Assembly (NCBI GenBank): GCA_963713605.1
Contig: CAVQMO010000001.1
Location: forward strand, 928,001 to 992,000
Length of the DNA stretch: 64,000 bases
Direction of reading: 5' to 3'
From: an uncultured Nitrososphaerales archaeon
GTDB taxonomy: Archaea > Thermoproteota > Nitrososphaeria > Nitrososphaerales > Nitrososphaeraceae
A program made the translations under genes and the position numbers. The notes under the pieces were generated by a model. The model saw only the letters and a list, made by a program, of their open reading frames with translations. It was not told the origin of the DNA and did no database searches. How positions within the stretch are numbered: position 1 is the stretch's first letter; each line of letters opens with the position of its first letter. This document shows positions 1 to 10,881 of this stretch, piece by piece.

Positions 1-61
1 TCGGTGTGGCTAGGCACTTTTGTCCATCAACATATATCCATACCTTACTGTTGCTGTTCAA
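1..61 (-). CDS. probable N-terminus of fibrillarin-like rRNA 2'-O-methyltransferase (truncated by window edge)
   Basis: Manual translation from TTG at 61: (M)NSNSKVWIYVDGQKCLATP. It lies directly downstream of nop5, where archaeal fibrillarin normally sits. Only 20 codons are visible. Confidence 0.4.
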   Translation of the reverse strand, partial: MNSNSKVWIYVDGQKCLATP

Positions 62-142
62 GTTATCCGTACTCCTTTGTCAGGCTATTTTGAAATACCT
101 GTAGACTACTTCGGAAAGAGTTTGAATCTCGTTCGAACATTT

Positions 143-1473
143 TTAGTCCTGCCTCCTCTTTTTTTTCTTATTACTTCTATATTTCATTCCCCTGCCATAG
201 CCTCTGTCTCTACCTCTGTCGTCGAAATGTCTACCACCTTTTCCTCTCCCTCCTCCTCCTCCTCTTCCTCTAGGCCCTGAACCGAACCTTTCAAAGGGTC
301 GGTTTCTTAAGTTTCGATTAGGTCGTTCTGGAGGCGGCTGACTATATTTCTGTTGAATCTCATTTATTCTAAGTTTTAGTTTGTCAGAAAGAGCGATGTC
401 TTTTTCACCTTTTCTGTAGAGGTCAATCCTTGCAGCAATCGAGGCCTTGGAGGCTACAAATCTTGCTATTTTTCCTCTCTGCCACCTTGGAGCAGAATGG
501 ATAAGTGGATGTTGAAAAAGAATACCATGTTTAGGAGGTACTAGCACCTGTTTTTAAAGATCTAAACAAGGCCTTTTCTGCACCTAAAACTTGGACGGTG
601 CTGGACGAAAGGTGCGCAAACCTTTCCAGACTTCCCGCTTTGGCTATCATCCTAGCTCCAACTAAAGGGCTCAAAAGTTCTTTTGTATTTGGTGCAATTA
701 GCTCCATCGTGCTTTCGATGTGGTCAGCGATGATTCTTCTAAGCTCTGTCTGAAGAATCACCTGGTATGCAAGCTGCTTTACAATTGCCAGGTTTTCCGA
801 GGTGATATCTCCACCTCTGCTCCTTGCAGCTGCTTGAAGTACAATCTGCGTCCTCTTTTCGTCCAGTCCCAATCTTTCAAGCAGCTCCCCTGTTACGCTA
901 GTCCTAAATCCTGCTTCTCTAACTATATTTGCATATAGGGATAGGCTCTGGATCAAATTATCGAGCTCAGGAAAATGCAGACCATACCACTCCCTCATTC
1001 TAGTGCCGATTGTGTTGATTATCTTGTCAAGCTCATCTAATGCGCTGACCGCTTGGATTACATGCAGGTCAAGCTCCTCTGATGATTCCTTTATTTTTGA
1101 TGAGGATAGATCGATTGCGAATTTACGTAGCTCGCGCTGCGCCTGTGTCTTGTTAGAAACAAATTCAGCCTTTTCTAGAATAGATTCCTTATGCAATAGC
1201 ATTATTCTAAATTCATCATCGCTCATCAATGTGCTACTAATTCCATTCTGCTGCAGAACGAAATTCAGAGCTCTGATCGTTAGATCTCACGTCTGAGTAA
1301 TCTCCAATATTTCCAATAATCTGTCCCAAACCAGTAAATCTGCCTCCATTCTTAATTAAACGATAAGATTCGATTGGATTCGTGAATTTAGTTGAACCTG
1401 ATACATTTTCATTTTCATCTAAGAGGATGATTCCAAGTTCGCACAATATAACCGAACATTTACCATCCGACAT
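143..1473 (-). CDS. nop5: Nop5 (Nop56/58) box C/D sRNP protein, frameshifted into three ORFs
   Basis: ORFs 1237-1473, 531-1229 and 143-547 join up. Motifs [42 protein letters not shown] and IAARID. Confidence 0.93.
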
Positions 1474-1821
1474 TATTTATCTACAATAATTGTGAGGTAC
1501 TTGAGGCTATTAAAAAGATATCACAGGACGGTAATCATGATATTCAGAATCATCACCTTGGCAGGATTTCAATGAGGGTATTTAAGAAAATTTCGCAATC
1601 AGAAACAGACCATTGAAATTTGTAAGGAGGCAAGCGAGTTGTCACATGGACTTCGTTTACTTAGCATTTCTATTTTTTCGCTTCTTCTATCGATCTTGTA
1701 TCAATGGAGTAGTCCTACCTCTACCTTTTATTTGGCCTACATCTGCAATTCCGGAAACGGCAATCGACATAACCAAGCGGCTAAATCCAGCCAAACAACC
1801 AACAATGTAGCATGACCCATG

Positions 1822-2157
1822 CTAAGGATTATTCGGCACATATCGGTGAGGTCTCATATGTAGGGAATCATTTTTTATTTTGATTATTGATGCCTTGTTC
1901 ATCTGAATTAGCATGGTTCTTAGGGATTCCCTAACCCTGGATTCCCTATCGCTAGAGATCGAAAGTACCTCATAAACCAAATCTTGGAACGATATCCCGT
2001 TACACATATTCCAAAGAGAGACGGCTGTATCACTGACCCGAAATCCTTCGCCCTTGAAATTTATCAAAAGTGGAGTTCCGTCCAAATCGTTACTCACAAA
2101 ACCCCTTCGTAATATGATAGAATATGAATCAATTTTTCTATCCCTTAAACCCAGCAT
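1822..2157 (-). CDS. small PqqD/RRE-like winged-helix protein
   Basis: The pattern LLINFKGEGFRVSDTAVSLWNMCNG..FQDLV....VRESLRTMLIQMNKASII matches the PqqD-family layout of three strands then three helices. Recognised by eye only. Confidence 0.5.
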   Translation of the reverse strand: MLGLRDRKIDSYSIILRRGFVSNDLDGTPLLINFKGEGFRVSDTAVSLWNMCNGISFQDLVYEVLSISSDRESRVRESLRTMLIQMNKASIIKIKNDSLHMRPHRYVPNNP

Positions 2158-2413
2158 TTCGGACCGGTATCTATTTTTGCTCAGAAAGTTATTTAATCAT
2201 TTGTAGATCAATGACCGTTAACCAATTGGTTGAATAAAGTTAAACGAGTTAATCCAATCCATATTTCTTTATTATAGTCACCATTATTGTAGCCAAGCCC
2301 ATCCATCTATTATCAACAATTACTTCAAACTCCTAAAATGTAACAACGTGCAAGAGAAGCGAAACTGATAATGCTTAAATCTAGTTTGAGCCCATCGGTA
2401 ATAGTAGAATTAG

Positions 2414-2884
2414 TTGTCATTTTTCAAGAGATTATTGAGTCAAAACGATAACAAAAGCAAGAATCAAATTCCCGCAAAGGAGGAAAAAAAACCATTAAAG
2501 GCTAATCGCACAATAGTTCTGACTCGGGAAACGGCAGACGGCATTATCACATTTGCTAAGAGCTGGCATCCCAATGAAGGAATATTAATACTTAGAGGGC
2601 AAAATAAACACAAGAAGGACCAAGTACACATTGATGGGTTAGTCGTACCCCCTTTCGCCTCGCATGGTCCATACTACTCAGGTTTCCCAAGTTACGACTT
2701 GCCCTTTGACCTTTCATACGTCGGAACGGCCCACTCACATCCTGGAGGAACGAACCGTCCATCATTGGCGGACTTGAACAATTTCTTTGGATTAGTCTCA
2801 ATCATCATTAGTTTTCCTTATGAAGAGAATTGTATTGGAGCATTTGATCGAAATGGGAAATCTCTTCCGATTATCATAGCGTAG
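2414..2884 (+). CDS. JAMM/MPN+ (Mov34) metalloprotease
   Basis: Complete JAMM motif E(PNE)...HSHPGGTNRPSLAD (H-x-H-x7-S-x2-D). Confidence 0.88.
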   Translation: MSFFKRLLSQNDNKSKNQIPAKEEKKPLKANRTIVLTRETADGIITFAKSWHPNEGILILRGQNKHKKDQVHIDGLVVPPFASHGPYYSGFPSYDLPFDLSYVGTAHSHPGGTNRPSLADLNNFFGLVSIIISFPYEENCIGAFDRNGKSLPIIIA

Positions 2885-3021
2885 CAATTTCAGATCCGCC
2901 CGCGAGGCAACCCCAATAGACGGCTAGTCACTTTTGGCCCAAAATATTCAGACCCGAACTTTATCTGGGGTCATATCCTATTATGTCAAATCCTTTGCCC
3001 CTGTGAGCACATTTCAAAACC

Positions 3022-4460
3022 CTAGGTAAATCTCACTTTTGACTGGGTACGCGATCCTCTAGGACTGGTAACCGATTCAATAGCATTTCCAATCAGCGCA
3101 AATGATATGCCTGCCGGAGCGATCAAAATGCCAGGCGGTAGTATCCACCACCAGAGACCTCTGGCAGCTCGCTGAGGCAGTATTTGCGTCATGAAGAATG
3201 CTTCCCCAGGTTGGGATCGAAGGATCACCCAGACCTATAAAACTCAACGTTGCTTCAGCTAATATCGCTGCAGGGTACTGCTAAGGCGATGCTTGCAAAG
3301 GTAAGTGGTAGGAGCTGAGGCAAAATATGCCTCAGAATGATCCTAATATCTCTCTCGCCCATGAGCTTCGAGGCTTCAACGTATTGAAGATTCTTTATCT
3401 GTAACGCAAGACTCCTTGCGACTCTTGCAATGCCACTCCATCCAAAGATGACGAGGAAAAGGGTTATGAGGTAGATACTACTGCCAATAGTAATAGAAAG
3501 GATTATAAGAAAAACGAATGTAGGGAGGGAAATCACGAGGTCGTTGATCCTCATCAAAGCCTCATCAAACCTTCCTCCCTTATAGCCAGCTAGAAGCCCA
3601 TATAACATGCCAATAGTAACTGAAGAGATAGCAGCTGTTAAACCTACAAATAATGCTACAGGGGCACCCCAGAAAATACCTATGCTTAAATCTCTACGTA
3701 AATCATCAGTCCCCATTAGACCGTAGACCTTACCGCCTAGGATTACTTTTGTATTCTCTACTTTGTCCTCCGCACTAAAAAGGTAGTACGTAATATTAAA
3801 TAGGTATTGTCCCTTAAGTACCACCTCTTCGTCAAGGCTAGAAAATATCATCTTTTGGGGTGAAGATAGGTCTGGACTGTAATCGAAAAGTCCGGTGTAT
3901 GCTTGTAAATTGTCTCTAATTGATTCATTTGTGGAGAAGATTCTAGAGCAGTATTCATTTAGGTTAGATGTGCTTTCTGATGATATTGCGCTTGATGGAA
4001 GTGGAGAATTGTATATCATAAAGCTCTCGCCATCCGGCCTGGTGACATCAACCTGGATTACTGGAGGGATGTCACCATATCTTAAGCAATAATCAATGAT
4101 AAAATCTGTAGGAAATGAATTGTAACCGAAGTCAATATCAAACAAGAACGAATTAGTCGGAATGCCCCCGAACGAACTGTTCTGCGTTTTTGCATCGCTG
4201 GGTCCGAAGATCATGTGATTAGGAAGATTAGCTTCTGGAAACAGAGAATTTACCCAAGAGGGTGCGGCAGATTTTGGATAATCAATCCAAATTCCGGGAT
4301 CGTTCCACTGACTAAAGGATTCTAGCGGCACTGCGATAAACGCATAGACAGTCATAGCGACCAAGATCCCTAGAATGAAGAAGCCTGCAATGGCGGCCTT
4401 GGTATGCAGAATCCGACGAATTAATATATTGAAATTACTTTCAGATTCCGAGACTTTCAC
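3022..4460 (-). CDS. peptide/nickel ABC transporter permease (DppC/OppC-like), frameshifted near 3' end
   Basis: LMGTDDLRRD, EAS..MGE..IRIILRHILP (EAA-type loop) and C-terminal WWWILPPG. ORFs 3255-4460 and 3022-3228. Confidence 0.9.
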
Positions 4461-5507
4461 GATGACACCTTAACTCTTGGATCATAGTATGCATAGAGGA
4501 GATCGGCTATCAACATTGTCATCACATAAATTAATGTAAATATGTAAGTATCTTCCCAAAATTATAGGAATATCCATTACGATTATTGCATCATAAAGTA
4601 GCTTTCCAACTCCAGGCCAGTCAAATACTGCTTCTACGATGAAACTACCAGTTATTGAAGCAATTAGGGCAGTGACTATTCCCGTCAAGATTGGAGGAGC
4701 TGCGTTTTTGAGTGCGTGAGAGTATAATATTTTTCTTTTTGGAATTCCCATCACACGTTTTGCTTGGATATAGTCTTCATCCAAAACACGGGATACAAAG
4801 TAACGCACCACAAATGACCAAACTGTAAAGCTCAGCAGGACTAATGTAATCAATGGCAAAATCATGCCGTACAACAGGTCCAAGAAGTAAAATGGTTCTC
4901 CCGGCGAAGTCAATGGCGTAGATCGAGCAGGAAAGATATCAAGGGTAAATGAAAATAACAGTATCATCAACATACCCACCCAAAAGGTCGCAAAGCTATT
5001 ACTGACAACGGCAACAAATGACACGCTCTTGTCAAGAGCCGAACCCCTTTTCTCTGCCATGTATGTCCCTAAAAATAAGCCAATCACAACAACGATCACT
5101 GTAGAAGTTGTAAAGAGCAATACCGTCTTAGGCACTCTCTCCAAGATTATGTCGCTGACATTAGAGGAGCCGCTATCTGATATAGCGTAATTAGATCGGC
5201 CTAGATTAAACGTGAGTACTTCAAAAAGAGTATTGACGAATCTTTTGGGGGAATACCACGGTTCATCCAGTCCAAGATCCTTGGTCTTTAACTGAATTTG
5301 TTCATCGACGTAGGCCTGGCGCTGAGAAATTGTCTTAAACTGAATCTTATCCTGAACAGTTGCTTCAACTACTTCAGCTCTTATCCTATCAGTCAGCAAT
5401 TTGTCCATAGCAGAGCCAAGAAGTATCAGTGTGATAACTACTGTAATAACAACAACTAGAATCCTGTATGCAGTAGTTTTGGCGACAAAAAAGAGAAAAC
5501 TAGTCAT
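4460..5507 (-). CDS. peptide ABC transporter permease (DppB/OppB-like), C-terminal frameshift
   Basis: DYIQAKRVMG, HALKNA and IVEAVFDWPGVG motifs. The 3' end coordinate is approximate. Confidence 0.9.
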
Positions 5508-5522
5508 CCACGAAACATCTGG

Positions 5523-8219
5523 CTAACTGAAGTTGATGTCATCTATAAATGGTGTAGCTGGCCTGGTCGTCAGAGATGAGACCACCTCGCCACTGAATAG
5601 ATTTCGAATCCAATAAAATTCTGGCTTACCTTCCTGACATTTTATACTCGAGGTGTAGGAACAGACGCTGTATTGCCATGTGATGTACTTAAAATGCAAT
5701 AATTGCAATCCCTTTACTACCCCTGCTGTTGTTGTTGTTGTTGTCTGTTGTCTCGGACCGGACAAGGGGTTAACAGCTATTAGTGTTGTAGTTTGCATAT
5801 CGGGTCTATATGCAGAATCACTTACAGCGAAAACCTTCATTATGCTCGGGCCGGTTGGTATAAGGGTGGTCTTGTTCGCAGGTATCTCTATCGAATATTT
5901 GCCATTGCCGTCTGAAACTGAGGTATTGCCTGAAATTACAGTTCTTCCATCCTTGTCCGAAATAAAGTAAAAGACAGAGGCATTTTCAGCCGGTCTACCT
6001 TGTATGCTAACTGTTACATTTGCCTCGAGCGGACTCTGTCCAGCGACAACGTTTCTCGGTACGGACACCTTATCGATCGATGCGACCTTGGCTGTCTCGT
6101 TACTTTGACCAATGGCCCTTCTCAAATGGATAAGAACTGTCTCTAAATGCTTTGAGAGTTATCACTCGCCCTTCCGGATTGTACGAGTCCAAGTAAAAGG
6201 GTCCGTTACCTATAATTGCGTGCTTGTGTGTATCGATCCATTTGATACTCGCATCATACCTTTTGATTGCTTCCTCAGGGGTTACAGAATCTCTAAGTGG
6301 AACGGGGACAAATCCTTCGGCTTTCATCGCAACCAACTCATTTCTAATCATAGCCGCATGTGAGGGAACTATCAACGATAGCCAAGGCACATTTTTAGAC
6401 GATGCTTCACCATTTGAAAAAGCAGCTTTTCCAGAAGTAACTAGTCTCTCGCTAGCTCGCAGTTATTTCCCACGGAGATTGTGACCAGACGCCCGCCGCA
6501 TCTGCTAACTCCTTGTCGTCAAAATGCCACTGGTCAATATAAGATTCGACTGTCCGGTTATCTAGGAACCTTGTACCCTTTATAAGAGGTAGGCCAGGTT
6601 GCACGCCAGCCATGAACTCTGGATCGTTCGTTAAATCGGAAGGATCGCCAGTATCCTTCCCCCACTCAAAGACAAAATATTGAGGGTAAAGCAGGTCAGC
6701 AGGAGTCATCGGAACTCCGTGATGCCAATTAGAATAAAGGGTGTCGTACTTGACTACTGAAAATGCTGTATTATTCTTTCCAGGACCTTTCCACTGCTGT
6801 GAAGTTGGATCCCAATTTAACGAATCATTGGGAACAATAAGCTTTTCCAATGGCCCTTTGGTTGTTATATTAACCCACGGAGTTCTCATTGGAATTACTT
6901 CTCCAGTATAGGGATCCCTAAATGTACCAGGATCAGACAGGGCTGAGGAAATGTCTCTGCAATATTGATCCTTGCAACCACCAATTCCATTCCACGCTCC
7001 TTGAAATATCTGCTTAACGCCAATGTCAAGGGTATTTGAAGGATCTTGAGTTCGTGCATTTATCAGCGAAAATTTACTAGAAATTCCTGCACCAAAATCA
7101 TTTACAAGACCCGTAAGACCAGACGATGCTACGTAAGGATCGACTAATTGTGCAATAAAAACTCTGACTGCCTCCTGTACTCCTAAATCTGTGGCATTTC
7201 TAACAAGTGAATTTCTCTCCTTTTCGGAAGTAAAATTAAGGAACTGAATTCTTTGCGTTAACTTGTCTATGGTATCATTTTCGTAATTCCAAAATGCAGG
7301 GTTTTGTTGGCCCGGCATATTTCCGAAATATGGGGCGTACATTTGTGAGGGAATCACGGGGTTGTATTTCACAAAACCGCCAGTGCCACCAAAAGCCTCA
7401 GTATATATATTCCATCCAAGATCTTGAGGATCAGAGCCGTAAACTACTGTATTCGCTTTGTTCAAGTCACCATAGTTCCTCTTCACGGTAAATCCTGCCT
7501 TTTCTATCTCTGAAGCTACTCAGCTCTCCAACCGATCTTAGAGGCTGATTGTCACTTCTCATCAGTATTGAAATGGTCACTGGATTCCCATTAAACATCC
7601 ATTTTCCATTTTCTTTCTGGGCACCAGCTTTATTCATTGCGGCTGTTATGATTTGGTTAGCGAGTCTAGGGTTATACCCTAGTCCGGAAGACTCAACTGA
7701 ATCAATTACGTTGAAATACTCAGGCGAGAAGATTCCGTAAGGACCCACAAGAGGCGTACCCAATCCTTTTAGGATTTCATCTACAACAAACTCTCTGTCT
7801 ACTAAATAGTTCATTGTGTACCTCACCTCCCTTAATGAAAAGGGATTCAACGAGCCAGAATTATTTGATGGCGCAGGATTCAGTAGTAATCCAAAAGATC
7901 CGGAAAGTTTGTCATACTCCTTTAGATTCGGAATATTTTTAATTTCGGAGGCTGCTTTCTAGTGGTATTCTAAAATAGTAAGTATCAAGACTTCCTGATT
8001 TCAATTCCTCTAAAGCCACATTGTCGTCTAGATATTGAATGAATCTAACACCATCGATATATGCTCCTGTGCCATTGCTCTGAGCCGCACTAGCAAGAGC
8101 AGGAGTAAGAGAACATAAGTTAGTAGGGCAAGAATGGACAGAATTGGAATTAGAATTGGAATTCTCTCTTTCTTCATATCTAACCCCACTTCACTAGATA
8201 GTAAACAACTAGGTTCCAT
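5523..8219 (-). CDS. peptide ABC transporter substrate-binding protein (family 5), multiply frameshifted
   Basis: Hydrophobic N-terminal signal (8028-8219), NPFSLREVRYTMNYLVDRE, WHHGVPMTPADL, IGNGPFYL, then a C-terminal beta-rich domain with a Thr-rich linker. Five ORF pieces. Confidence 0.88.
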
Positions 8220-8274
8220 TCTTGATTCGAGATTCTGTAATTACAGCAAATTAGGGGGAACGTAAGGTAGAGTT

Positions 8275-8727
8275 CTATAACGAATGGGAAAATTTCGCCA
8301 AACGTCTTCGGTTTTCAAAGTAGCTAGAACTTCCAAGAGGATTCACGTGATTGCTTGATAAATATTTTCTAATGTCTGACGCTATCATAGCTTGGTCAGT
8401 AGCCATTCGACGAGCGTAGTCACTGGGAAATAACTTGGGGATATCCATTCTATCGCTACCCATAGTCTGCTCACCTTCAGTGCGTTGTGATTCAGCATGG
8501 TTGATGCCATTTGAGCTACTATTTTCAGACGGATCTCCATTAATTACGTGACTAGAAGATCCGTCTGCATTAAGAAATGATGGATCTTGTTGGTCGATAA
8601 ATTCGGAGTGAGGTATTTTGTCTCCGTAAGCTGGGGGAATTCTACGACGAATAATTTCATCTGGTATCATTACAAATAGCGTACGTATTGGCGCGATATT
8701 AATTTGTACTGCAAATATTGGCATCAT
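8275..8727 (-). CDS. hypothetical protein
   Basis: 150-aa ORF filling the gap between the SBP and tfb. No recognisable motif. Confidence 0.35.
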   Translation of the reverse strand: MMPIFAVQINIAPIRTLFVMIPDEIIRRRIPPAYGDKIPHSEFIDQQDPSFLNADGSSSHVINGDPSENSSSNGINHAESQRTEGEQTMGSDRMDIPKLFPSDYARRMATDQAMIASDIRKYLSSNHVNPLGSSSYFENRRRLAKFSHSL

Positions 8728-8986
8728 ATGGCGAGGTGTAGTATTATCACATTACTTTGATATATGATGTTTGATTGCGTTGACTAAATTGTCATATTTT
8801 AGCGCTTTTTCCATAAAATATAGAAACAATATTAATTTATAGTAAAAGCGTTGCGTGTTTTAACTCATACTTGTAAAAATTTCAAATCTGAGTCATAGAT
8901 CCTTATTCAATAGGAATAACTTTATATATTAGAATAAAACATTTATACTAGATGCGGTGTTCTGACAATTTTTCTGGTGAAAAACT

Positions 8987-9902
8987 TTGGTAAAAGACAT
9001 TACTTTGTTCAATGAAAGATGCCCGCGATGCGGAAAGGGCCCCATGGTTACAGATAATTCTAGTGGAGAAATGTTTTGCGGAAACTGTGGGTTTGTGATT
9101 ACAGAAAGAATCGAAGAAATGGGTCCAGAGTGGAGAGCCTTTTCAAAGGAGGAGCATGAGGATAGGAGCCGAGCCTGGTGTGCCTACTTCGCTAGCCATG
9201 CATGATATGGGGCTGGCGACTATCATTGGTCCTATCGATAAAGACGCTTCTGGCAAGCCATTGTCGGCCTCCATGAAAAGCACTATCGAAAGGCTTCGGA
9301 CTTGGGACAGTAGGAGCCAAGTCCATGAGCCGGTAGACCGTAATTTCAGGCAAGCATTTAGTGAGCTCGATCGGCTCAAAGACAAGCTAGCAGTAGGAGA
9401 CGCTGTCATAGAAAAGGCAGCCTACGTATATAGGAAGGCTCTGGAACGGGGTCTGGTGAGAGGGAGATCCATATCAGCATTAGTTGCTGCTGCTTTATAT
9501 GCTGCTTGTAGAGATACCGAAACCCCCAGGACATTGAAGGACATTGCCAATGCAAGCAATATCAAAAAGAAGGATGTTGCTAGGTGTTATCGACTTCTGA
9601 TAAGGGAGCTTGACCTAAAAATGCCTGTAGTCGACCCAGTCAAATGTGTAGCCAGAATCGCAAGCAAGGCAGGGCTTTCAGAAAAGACAAAGAGAAAGGC
9701 ACTTGAGATTCTAAAGAGGGCGGAGGAAGGAAAAATATCTGCGGGTAAGGACCCAATGGGACTTGCGGCAGCTGCACTATATGTGGCTTGCGTAATGAAC
9801 GGTGAGAACAAGACACAGAAAGATGTAGCAGAAGCGGCTGGAGTAACTGAAGTCACAATCAGAAACAGATACAAAGGATTGAAATTGCACCTAAAGTTGT
9901 AA
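8987..9902 (+). CDS. tfb: transcription initiation factor IIB (TFB), frameshift near 9170
   Basis: Zn ribbon CPRC..CGNC, GPEWRAF, MHDMGLAT, cyclin repeats GRS..., GKDP.GLAAAALY and TEVTIRNRYK. Confidence 0.96.
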
Positions 9903-10211
9903 GTATTAATTAATTTTAGCCTGTACGCAGAGCGGAGCATCTCCATCACAGTATTGAATGATATAATAAAAATACATGAAGTGGGTTTGTAAGAAGTGTG
10001 AAGGGTGTAATAAAGGCATGAATAAATAAAAAATTATATAATACTCAAATGATCTAATCCTCTAAAATAAAGCTTTCTAAGTACCTGTACTCTATTTCAT
10101 GGAGGGAAAGCAGTGTCAATTATCCGTATGAGACTAGAACTATTATACGTTCAAACTATTACATGGAGACGCCAGCACCTTTTAAAAGGAATTCAACGAG
10201 AGTCTGCCAGT

Positions 10212-10520
10212 TCACTGAACTTCGATAGCCTCCTCATTGAAACCCATTCTGAGCAGATAACCCTTGACATCATCCCGATGGTCACCTTGGAGCATTATGA
10301 ACCCGTCTTTTGCAGTGCCACCGCATGCAAACCTGCTCTTCAATTCCTTGATAATACTCTGAACATCACTTTGTTTTGGATCAATACCTTCAATCATCGT
10401 AGTTGTCTTGGAGAAACGCCTTTTTTCTAGTCGAACGATGATCCTTGTGTCTTCTTTCTCCAATTCGCCACAAGCACAAAGATCGTCGGGAAGGCCACAT
10501 TTCTTGCAAATAACCGCCAT
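10212..10520 (-). CDS. translation initiation factor aIF1 (SUI1)
   Basis: CKKCGLPDDLCAC, LKSRFACGGT and LQGDHR. Confidence 0.95.
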   Translation of the reverse strand: MAVICKKCGLPDDLCACGELEKEDTRIIVRLEKRRFSKTTTMIEGIDPKQSDVQSIIKELKSRFACGGTAKDGFIMLQGDHRDDVKGYLLRMGFNEEAIEVQ

Positions 10521-10707
10521 CTATTAATAGATACTTCCCCAATTCTTACTTTTAAGCCTTGCCTGATGAGATTGGAATCTCCTGATGGTTACTTACTCAT
10601 ACCATCGCTTGATGCAATAGGCAAAGACATGAAGAGACCTACCGTACCAATTCTCATCCCCTAATCGCAATCTATTTAACCGTCTTAGGGTCCTTAAAAT
10701 TATAGCA

Positions 10708-10881
10708 ATGAGCAGTAGCAGTAAGAAAAAGAATGCACCGCTTCCAGCATCCAGTGCGGGGTTACTTCGATTCTTTGAAGATGAGACTAAGGGGATTAAG
10801 ATCAGGCCCGAATTGGTACTTGGGATAGCCGGTGGGATAATTGGTGTTTCTATCCTCATTCGCCTAGTATTCCCTGTGTGA
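10708..10881 (+). CDS. secG: preprotein translocase subunit Sec61beta (57 aa, not in ORF track)
   Basis: Manual translation MSSSSKKKNAPLPASSAGLLRFFEDETKGIKIRPELVLGIAGGIIGVSILIRLVFPV: AGL.RFF motif plus a single C-terminal TM helix. Confidence 0.92.
   Translation: MSSSSKKKNAPLPASSAGLLRFFEDETKGIKIRPELVLGIAGGIIGVSILIRLVFPV

Noticed and set aside
1613..1821. Short ORFs downstream of the PqqD-like gene as RiPP precursors
   Set aside because: No leader/core pattern on either strand and no modifying enzyme nearby.
9976..10029. Tiny ORF MKWVCKKCEGCNKGMNK resembling a rubredoxin N-terminus
   Set aside because: Only 17 codons with no second CxxC. Cannot be distinguished from chance.
10563..10615. 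Possible box C/D sRNA (TGATGA ... CTGA)
   Set aside because: Spacing is too short and there is no convincing C'/D pair or identifiable rRNA guide.
10593..10859. 88-aa minus-strand ORF and the many other antisense ORFs in the track
   Set aside because: They overlap well-supported genes on the opposite strand (here Sec61beta) and have no motifs.
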